This document shows, in pieces, positions 58,701 through 64,000 of a DNA stretch of 64,000 nucleotides. The notes under the pieces were generated by a model. The model saw nothing but the letters and a program-made list of their open reading frames with translations, had not been told where the DNA came from and made no database searches. Location of the stretch: positions 64,001-128,000 of IMG/VR virus record IMGVR_UViG_3300044716_000883, one strand, 5' to 3'. Source of the stretch: a virus. The translations under genes and the position numbers were made by a program. Every line of letters begins with the position of its first letter. Position 1 is the stretch's first letter.

Positions 58701-59892
58701 AGCGTCATATGTTAGTCCTTACACAGAAATAATATCGTCATCATTTGCTACTACAGCATCATATGCTTCAAATATCAATTATGATAATCTTATAAGATCG
58801 GCTTCATTTGCTGAAACAGCTTCATTTGCCTCAACATCTTCATATTCAAATAATATAGTAGGCGCTGCAAATTACATTCCTAAATTTACTGGAGGTAATA
58901 CTTTAAGTAGCAGTATAATGTATGAAAATGCTAGTGGTATTGGTATTAATAATATTTCTCCATCCCATAAATTACAAGTAAGTGGAGATGCTGCTGTAGC
59001 CAACACCAACAGTACTTTAAATACAACTAAATATGCTTTATTATCTGGACTTCAATTAACATCCACGGGTACAGAATCAAACCAATATGCTAATGTTGGT
59101 GTGTATGGAGCATTAGGATTTTCAGCAACATCATCAACTTTTACTCCATCAGATAAATCGTTTACAAGTGCAGTCTTAGGTCAATTTGGTAAAAGTGGAA
59201 ATGGAAATATTTCTGGTAAAGTATCTTCATTTGCTTCTGCATTTGATCTTGCAGGTGGTGGTAACGTAACAACAATGGCTGGATTTAGAGCTTATGCTCC
59301 TCTTCAATCATTTGCTTTACCATCATTTACAGGTACTATAACAAACTACATTGGTTTATTAGTAGATGATATTACAGGAACTACGGATGTAGATTCTCAA
59401 ATCACTAACAAATATGGTATTTTCCAATCAGGATCTCTTGATAAAAACTACTTTGCAGGTTCAACAACATTCGCAGGTGGTGTTACCGGATCTTTACTTG
59501 GAACTGCAACCACTGCTTCATACGCAGCAACTGCATCATTTTCACAAAACCTAACAGTAGGAAGTTCATTAACTATTGATCAAACATTAACTGATTATGC
59601 TACAGTAGCATCATCAACTGTTGGATCAAATAACCTATTTACTCAAACTGTTGGTTCTTATACATCAGCATTCTTTAAATACACCGTATCAAATGGTGGT
59701 AACACAAGAGCTGGTGAAGTAATAGCAGCTTGGAATGGTACTACAGCAGAATTTACAGATTTCTCAACAGTAGATATAGGTAATACTACAGCAGTAACTG
59801 CTTCAATATCAATAGTATCAGGACAAGTACAATTCAACGTTCAAACTAACAGTTCAGGATGGAGAATTAAATCATTAGCAACATTCATGTAA
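52783..59892 (+). CDS. Giant Ser/Thr-rich tail fibre (2369 aa) with internal repeats
   Basis: N-terminal IKLKRS.VPG.VP...L.LGEIALNT.DGK.F fibre-attachment motif; tandem repeat arrays; position after tail genes. Confidence 0.8.
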   Translation: MAVNIKLKRSAVPGNVPDTSQLELGEIALNTHDGKAFFKQDVNGLQSIVELASFTSGSSVASASYAAYADYAANAGTANTASYVNNAISSSFATTASYAPGSDTATSASYAATASSANNFLVRGTLTAQTIVAQYITSSTSFITGSTKFGSIISNTHEFTGSISVSGSLGINGIDYGTTSASFDTRINNNSSSIAILSASLLGETAAIFTILSGQSSSISSLSSSFLAFSSSYNTGSFSGSFSGSLFGSASWALDAVDTINAPRYTLTSSFQNFTQSYYSDSASVSTRVTNLEQFSSSLDATFATDAQLNDATASLSGSISYLSASFLIDSASFNTRINNNSSSIDLLSGSYLASSSSFDTRIINNSSSIGLLSGSYLASSSSFDTRIINNSSSIALLSGSYLADSSSFDTRILNNSSSIGLLSGSYLASSASFDTRIINNSSSIGLLSGSYLASSASFDTRIINNSSSIALLSGSYLSDSASFNTRINNNSSSIGLLSGSYLASSASFDTRILNNSSSIGSLSGSFLSVSSSNSTRISNLEQFSSSLDTIFATDADLNALSSSFNTFSSSINSWTGSSTSQFGGTASYSNTSISASYAATASSADNFLVRGTLTAQTIIAQYITSSVEFVTGSTHFGTTIDNTHQFTGSVSISGSLGINGIDYASTSASFDTRILNNSSSIGLLSGSYLASSSSFDTRIINNSSSIGLLSGSYLASSASFDTRILNNSSSIGLLSGSYLASSASFDTRILNNSSSIGLLSGSYLADSASFDTRILNNSSSIGSLSGSFLSVSSSNSIRITDLEAFSSSLDATYATDAQLNAATASLSSSIAILSSSYTSFSSSFSTGSFTGSFNGDFTGSLNNLQGTARHIPFFSSSQVLDDSSIYQVGNESVAINQNAVTSAAPEALYVWQPNTSSFNVISGKGNLDNYLQLNIQNTNQGSTASSDIVATANNGNEFSNYINMGINSENFSGFLGGPNDAYLFSTGSEFHIGNITPGKHLGFFVGGGDVDTGNKFALYPTNQHQMTGSLDVSGSVKAFSFTGSLFGTASWANNAITASYALNAISASFASSGLGVFSGSFSGSFFGNGGGLTNIPASSVVGLNLSQISSGSVTASVDPAYGFKVNSNTTISGSTQITGSLGVTGSVSIAGTGTVLSANVDTIVFTGSFAQSGSVTVNGNITSTGTITAQTLNVQTITSSVSFITGSSKFGSIISNTHQFTGSILVSGSLAVNDSNVILTNQTSSMSVLSASFASTASYVTLAQTASYITLAQTSSYVTLAQTASYVANAQTASYVLNAVSASYASNADLLDGKDSTIFATTGSNTFIGTQIVTGSLFTSGSNSLVGNTILDGTIGINGNSTLTGSFLVSGSTTQIGNNTLIGNTSLTGSFKISGSETVTGYIQFEPVTTNIDTSISASYIFVSGSTKDLYFSQNSAGYSNVTRLRWLEGNLYTGLLNGGLITTQSSTVYQIGSGSGIIVDLNASLNDNPYPTIQYLSWGNLSASIAPLTASYQQAFVGIDSSNNIYAQGIPFSNGQFDTIINIGNVLFQNQSTINGVKTQPSVAYGFEQQQNVFNRAFGPLKLSGYTLAPSGSSTRGLLVGSGTAYSPGSNYVIDPNEPYYTTDSGTSVSKIFRYYQSGSSWVYLTNAGAGYTAIDPTQYSNNGTLSGVANGEWSIQRVFWFPNSVTKAIVVYYGNTVFATEAEAIANINIESFVEAPNTAANAIYLGSIVIKGNGVFTAPTEFTIVPGGLFRQVGGTGGGGSVITQTLSGLSDVLISGPTSGQALVYDSTAAKWENKSFISASISGNAATATTASYAANVPETASYALSANSASYAITASYVSPYTEILSASFATTASYVSPYTTIISSSFATTASFASTVNYDNLIRSASFAETASYVSPYTTIISSSFATTASYVSPYTEIFSASFATTASYASTVNYDNLIRSASFAETASYVSPYTIILSSSFAETASYVSPYTEIISSSFATTASYASNINYDNLIRSASFAETASFASTSSYSNNIVGAANYIPKFTGGNTLSSSIMYENASGIGINNISPSHKLQVSGDAAVANTNSTLNTTKYALLSGLQLTSTGTESNQYANVGVYGALGFSATSSTFTPSDKSFTSAVLGQFGKSGNGNISGKVSSFASAFDLAGGGNVTTMAGFRAYAPLQSFALPSFTGTITNYIGLLVDDITGTTDVDSQITNKYGIFQSGSLDKNYFAGSTTFAGGVTGSLLGTATTASYAATASFSQNLTVGSSLTIDQTLTDYATVASSTVGSNNLFTQTVGSYTSAFFKYTVSNGGNTRAGEVIAAWNGTTAEFTDFSTVDIGNTTAVTASISIVSGQVQFNVQTNSSGWRIKSLATFM
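53773..54372 (+). repeat. 8 x 75-bp (25-aa) repeat SASFDTRIxNNSSSIGLLSGSYLAS
   Basis: Counted from the translation and DNA. Confidence 0.95.
54784..55158 (+). repeat. 5 x 75-bp (25-aa) repeat, second array
   Basis: Same unit as the first array. Confidence 0.95.
58306..58818 (+). repeat. Higher-order repeat (A-A-B) x3; A = 18 aa ASYVSPYTxIxSxSFAxT, B = 21 aa ASxASxxNYDNLIRSASFAET
   Basis: Read from the translation. Confidence 0.9.
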
Positions 59893-59906
59893 TAAAAATA
59901 AAAATT

Positions 59907-60083
59907 ATGTATATAGTACAAATGCAATTCATCCCAGGAAACGATCAAATTTGGGTAGAAAAATTAAACCCAACTGATCCTATCTATCAGTATGATAATG
60001 AAGCTGAAGCACAAGCTAAAGCAACTGAATTACAAAATGCGGATGAAACTGGTAGAAAATATCGTGTTGTCCAATTAAACTAA
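59907..60083 (+). CDS. 58-aa protein after the fibre, possible fibre assembly/chaperone (not in the ORF track)
   Basis: MYIVQMQFIPGNDQIWVEKLNPTDPIYQYDNEAEAQAKATELQNADETGRKYRVVQLN; fills the gap. Confidence 0.6.
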   Translation: MYIVQMQFIPGNDQIWVEKLNPTDPIYQYDNEAEAQAKATELQNADETGRKYRVVQLN

Positions 60084-60095
60084 ATTAATTAAGTT

Positions 60096-61760
60096 ATGGC
60101 TCAAAAACACAGTCCTAGTATTGTTAAAGATGGTTTAATATTAAACCTAGATGCCGCTGACATATCATCATACAACGTTCCTTCTTTTGTTGAAGTATTA
60201 GTTGTAGCTGGTGGTGGTGGGGGAGGTATGGATATGGGAGGTGGTGGAGGTGGTGGTGGTGTTGTCTACACCCCCAAATATAATGTATCTAGAGGTGACT
60301 CAATCTCAGTAACAGTAGGAGCTGGAGGTTGGGGTGCTCCTGCGGGTGGAACAAATAGAGGAGATGGGGTCGGACCACAACCTGGTAGCCACCAATTTAC
60401 AGTCCCTGCAACTAATGGAGGTAACTCTGTTTTTGGAAATATAACAGCTGTTGGAGGTGGATATGGAGCAAGCTCTTATTATGGGTATCTTCCTGATTAT
60501 GGCTATGGAGCTTCTGGAGGATCAGGAGGTGGATGCTCAGCATATACCCACGGAGGCGAACGATACGTAGATACTAATGGAACACCAGGACAAGGATATC
60601 CTGGAGGTAATTCAGGTAATCCTTCTTCGGGAGGTGATGATCACTACTCTGGTGGTGGTGGTGGTGCTGGTGGTAGAGGAACTAGTGGTCCTAACCACTC
60701 CGGACCTAATGGCACTAGAGCAGATGGTGGGCCTGGGATAAGATATCCTCAAATGAGCCCTTTTTACTTTGCTGGTGGTGGTGGTGGATCCGGTTACTCT
60801 AGTACTCAAGGAGGTAATGGAGGTTTAGGTGGTGGTGGTGGTGGAGCTGCTGGTGGAAATGGCAACACTGTAGGGGCTGGGGATACTAACGGCATAAACG
60901 CAGGAGTTAATGGAGGTTTAGGTAATAACCAGCCAGGTGGAAATGCAGGTGCTAATACTGGAGGTGGAGGTGGTGGTGGATCACATTACAATTCAGGTAA
61001 TAAGGGTGGAAATGGAGGATCAGGTATAGTAATAGTACGTTATCCCGGAATTCAAGCCGCTACTGGTGGTACTATTGAAACTAAAGGTGGATATACTTAC
61101 CATACTTTTACAAGTAGTGGAACTTTTGCTGTTGTAGCAGGTGGCACTACTTGGACTAATATTAATAATCCATCATTAAATGCTTCTTTAGCTAATGGAA
61201 CTTCTTATAATTCTTCTAATAAAGGTAATATAATATTAGACGGAACAGATGACACTATATTAGCACCATCAATTAATTCTTTAGGAGCTATACCTAACCA
61301 TGCTTGGGAAATATGGGTAAAAAGTTCTGGTTTAGGTTCAGGCAAAAGTATTGGAGGTTTAATATGCCCTGATTACGGAATGATATCATACATTTCTGGA
61401 GATGGAAATGTAGCTTATTATTTATATAATACAGATGGCACATTTGGTTACCTAATGAGTTTAGGAACATCCGGAGTAAACTGTTTTGACAACAACTGGC
61501 ACCATATAGTATGTACAAGAAACATTAGTACAGCAGCAATTTATGTTGATGGTACCCTTAGAAATTCTACCTCAGGAGGAGGAACTTGGTCTGGATCAAC
61601 AGTTTGGAGTGGTATGAATACTCAAATAGGAAACAACCCAAACGATGCTTATTACAATCTAAAAGGAAATATTGGTTTAGCAAGAATATATAATAGATAT
61701 TTTACAGCACAAGACGTATTACAAAATTTTAACGCAAACAAAAAAAGATTCGGATTATAA
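60096..61760 (+). CDS. Adhesin/receptor-binding protein: glycine-rich domain inserted in a LamG/ConA-like module
   Basis: IVKDGLILNLDAAD..SY anchor; VEVLVVAGGGGGG..GGSGIVIVRY glycine-rich domain; LDGTDD..NNWHHIVCT..IYVDG..YNR LamG motifs. Confidence 0.8.
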   Translation: MAQKHSPSIVKDGLILNLDAADISSYNVPSFVEVLVVAGGGGGGMDMGGGGGGGGVVYTPKYNVSRGDSISVTVGAGGWGAPAGGTNRGDGVGPQPGSHQFTVPATNGGNSVFGNITAVGGGYGASSYYGYLPDYGYGASGGSGGGCSAYTHGGERYVDTNGTPGQGYPGGNSGNPSSGGDDHYSGGGGGAGGRGTSGPNHSGPNGTRADGGPGIRYPQMSPFYFAGGGGGSGYSSTQGGNGGLGGGGGGAAGGNGNTVGAGDTNGINAGVNGGLGNNQPGGNAGANTGGGGGGGSHYNSGNKGGNGGSGIVIVRYPGIQAATGGTIETKGGYTYHTFTSSGTFAVVAGGTTWTNINNPSLNASLANGTSYNSSNKGNIILDGTDDTILAPSINSLGAIPNHAWEIWVKSSGLGSGKSIGGLICPDYGMISYISGDGNVAYYLYNTDGTFGYLMSLGTSGVNCFDNNWHHIVCTRNISTAAIYVDGTLRNSTSGGGTWSGSTVWSGMNTQIGNNPNDAYYNLKGNIGLARIYNRYFTAQDVLQNFNANKKRFGL

Positions 61761-61761
61761 C

Positions 61762-63027
61762 ATGCCATCATCATCAGGATTTAGAAATACAGCTAAAGAT
61801 TCATTAGTATATGCAATGGATACTTACGATACTGGTAACTGTGTCACTCCATTAGGATGTGGAGGATTTAATAACAGTACCCAAGGTATTAAAAACATAT
61901 TAACAGGAGTTACAGCATTATTTCAAAATGGATTAAAAATATCAAATAGAACCTTCTACACCGCTTTTGGAATATCATACCCTGAAGGATCTTATGGTGG
62001 TGATGCTGCTAATAGAAACGGACTAACAGAAGGATTTAATGTACGAAGTGGTGGAAAAACATACGATGCCTCACGTTCACTTCATATGTGGGTTTGGAAT
62101 AATGATACCAATGCTTGGGTTCCTGATTCATATTTTAGAGGATTAAGATTGAATGGTCATTGTTATGATAACTACGGAGGTTATGGAGAATGGCAAAATG
62201 AATTAAATTATTTTAATGGTGATTATAATATTATAAAAAATGCATTTCCAAATTGTACTTTTATAATAGTTGGATCTCATGCTTGTTCAAATTTTGATTC
62301 TACTACTATTGCAAATTTAACAAGCTTAGGAGCACCAAATTCTACAATTAGTGGATGGACAAATAATGCTGAATGGCGCGAATTTGTTCTTGTAGGCAAA
62401 CCAGGATTAGGAAGTGGAAATGCATATGGGTGGGCGTATGAAAACTATTCTACCAACCCAGGCCAAGTAGCACATATGAATTTAAGTGTAAATCCAAAAT
62501 CATTAGGTATTATATCTTTTGATGGTACTGATGATTATTTTGATCTACCTACATCATCAATACCTACAGGCTACTTAATAACAATTGAATTAGTAACTAA
62601 AGGAATTAATTCATACCCAAATTCTTCTATAATAGCAGGTGGAACAGGAGGAAATCAGGATTTAAACATTCATTTACCTTGGGGTGATGGAAATTTATAT
62701 TGGGATGTTGGTAGACCTTTTAATAGAATTTATAAAGCAGTATCAGCTTCAGAACTTACTGGAGTTCATCATTGGGTATTTACTAAAAATGCCTCAACCG
62801 GTATCATGAATATTTATTTAGATGGAAGCTTATGGCATACTGGGGGTGGACAAACATCAACTATTCCAGCAATGGGTGTAGTAAATTTAGGAAGATATAA
62901 TATTGGTAACGGTGGATTATATTATTATAATGCATCTTTATCTGTATTAAATATATATAATAAGGATTTATCACCTTCAGAAATTCTTAGAAACTATAAT
63001 AGTTATAAAAGACGAAACTTAGTATAA
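61762..63027 (+). CDS. LamG/ConA-like receptor-binding protein with central insert
   Basis: DSLVYAMDTYD; FDGTDDY, HHWVFT, IYLDG, IYNKDLSPSEI..NY. Confidence 0.75.
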   Translation: MPSSSGFRNTAKDSLVYAMDTYDTGNCVTPLGCGGFNNSTQGIKNILTGVTALFQNGLKISNRTFYTAFGISYPEGSYGGDAANRNGLTEGFNVRSGGKTYDASRSLHMWVWNNDTNAWVPDSYFRGLRLNGHCYDNYGGYGEWQNELNYFNGDYNIIKNAFPNCTFIIVGSHACSNFDSTTIANLTSLGAPNSTISGWTNNAEWREFVLVGKPGLGSGNAYGWAYENYSTNPGQVAHMNLSVNPKSLGIISFDGTDDYFDLPTSSIPTGYLITIELVTKGINSYPNSSIIAGGTGGNQDLNIHLPWGDGNLYWDVGRPFNRIYKAVSASELTGVHHWVFTKNASTGIMNIYLDGSLWHTGGGQTSTIPAMGVVNLGRYNIGNGGLYYYNASLSVLNIYNKDLSPSEILRNYNSYKRRNLV

Positions 63028-64000
63028 TGGCAATAGAACAAGGATATAGTAAAATAGTAACACAAGGACTAAAATTCTCCTACGACACAGGTGATACTAG
63101 AAACTCATATACAGGACGCCCAACAGCCAATATATCAGCTGGTATTGGTATGAGTACATATAATAACGTTCCTGGTAGTGTATCATCTACTTTAACCGGT
63201 ACTGGAACCTATTATAGAGGTGCTGAAATAATAAGACAAGACCTAACAGCATTAGATGGAAGTGGAGCTAGTTGGTTAAGTGGAGGTAACAACCCAGGAA
63301 TTGGTGTTGTAACTGGTGGTGGTGGGGGTATTGGAGGTAGATATACAGGACATAGTATATTTTTTAAACCAACAGTTCCAACAACAAGTTGTCCTGTTTA
63401 TACCCATTATTCAAATATTGGAGGTTGGCAGTCAACCTGTGACTACGATGATATGGGAGACGGGTGGTTTAGAGCAAGAGTAATTTGGTACGCTGGATCA
63501 ACAGCATCAGATGGAAAATATTGGGCTATTAATCCTTTATCAACACCAACAGGCGCTACTGTAACAATATATTGGGCTGGACCTTTTAAAGAAGATTTAA
63601 ATGTAACTAACGTTTCCCAATATATTAATGGTACTAGATCATCAACACAAGGATTATTAGATGTAAGTGGAAAAGGAAATACCATGAGTCTATCAGATGT
63701 GTCTTTTGATAGTAGTGCCTTTCCACAAATAACATTTGATGGAACTAATGATTATATTGATATTAGTTCCTTTGCTCCTGGTAGTAATTCTACAGGTACT
63801 ATTTCTGCTATGGTATACCCACTACAAAACTCAGCAGATTCATATGTAATGGGAGTTGGTGGTAATACTACTTACGGCGCCAGTAGAGCTATTAGAGTAA
63901 ATGGTGGTTATTGGTCTACTGTATCTTATGGTAGCGGTACTGAAGACTTTAATAGTATTGTTGCTGCTCCTTTAAATACATGGCAACATGTAGCTTTTGT
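63027..64000 (+). CDS. Third LamG/ConA-like protein (3' truncated; not in the ORF track)
   Basis: MAIEQGYSKIVTQGLKFSYDTGDTRNSY...ITFDGTNDYI...NTWQHVAF, open to the window end; TAATG coupling. Confidence 0.75.
   Translation, partial: MAIEQGYSKIVTQGLKFSYDTGDTRNSYTGRPTANISAGIGMSTYNNVPGSVSSTLTGTGTYYRGAEIIRQDLTALDGSGASWLSGGNNPGIGVVTGGGGGIGGRYTGHSIFFKPTVPTTSCPVYTHYSNIGGWQSTCDYDDMGDGWFRARVIWYAGSTASDGKYWAINPLSTPTGATVTIYWAGPFKEDLNVTNVSQYINGTRSSTQGLLDVSGKGNTMSLSDVSFDSSAFPQITFDGTNDYIDISSFAPGSNSTGTISAMVYPLQNSADSYVMGVGGNTTYGASRAIRVNGGYWSTVSYGSGTEDFNSIVAAPLNTWQHVAF

Noticed and set aside
339-63685. Minus-strand and alternate-frame ORFs in the ORF track (e.g. 24646-25113, 26036-26485, 44424-44939, 37340-37672, 63443-63685)
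   Set aside because: All overlap well-supported + strand genes, have no recognisable motifs, and are explained as antisense shadows of biased codon usage.
1-64000. Stop-codon reassignment as in some large phages
   Set aside because: Genes are intact under the standard code, and TAA, TAG and TGA all end genes at expected positions (e.g. TAG for the protease, TGA for terL).
60096-64000. Diversity-generating retroelement targeting the adhesins
   Set aside because: No reverse transcriptase and no template/variable repeat pair differing at adenines is visible within the window.

Overview
The window is part of a large AT-rich T4-like myophage genome, very probably infecting a Bacteroidota host. 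Host evidence: TTTG-N19/20-TAnnTT promoters, mostly SD-less A-rich translation starts, and an Oar-type TonB-dependent receptor with Gln after its signal peptide. All credible genes are on the + strand, often with TAATG/ATGA coupling, and all three standard stop codons are used. Gene order: baseplate module with a GH19 endolysin (0.7-18 kb); primase and exonuclease; a TonB-dependent receptor; about 20 accessory or head-internal genes (23.7-36.5 kb); terminase, portal, core proteins, protease, scaffold and major capsid protein; PhoH; neck and tail-terminator genes; a 2369-aa repeat-rich fibre; and a LamG adhesin array truncated by the window end. Three patterns stand out. (1) A 78-residue Thr/Ser mucin-like tract sits in a virion protein directly upstream of a three-gene glycosylation cassette, and this block splits an ancestral structural gene. 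(2) A family of cargo genes, including enzymes, shares a short N-terminal leader ending in [IL]xE (the T4 capsid-targeting/gp21 cleavage pattern); other proteins share the scaffold's R[MW]QxLAGI motif. (3) An intergenic ATATTTAT motif (candidate late promoter) recurs and is copied with a terminator as a 54-bp cassette around one gene. All family assignments come from motif recognition, not database searches.
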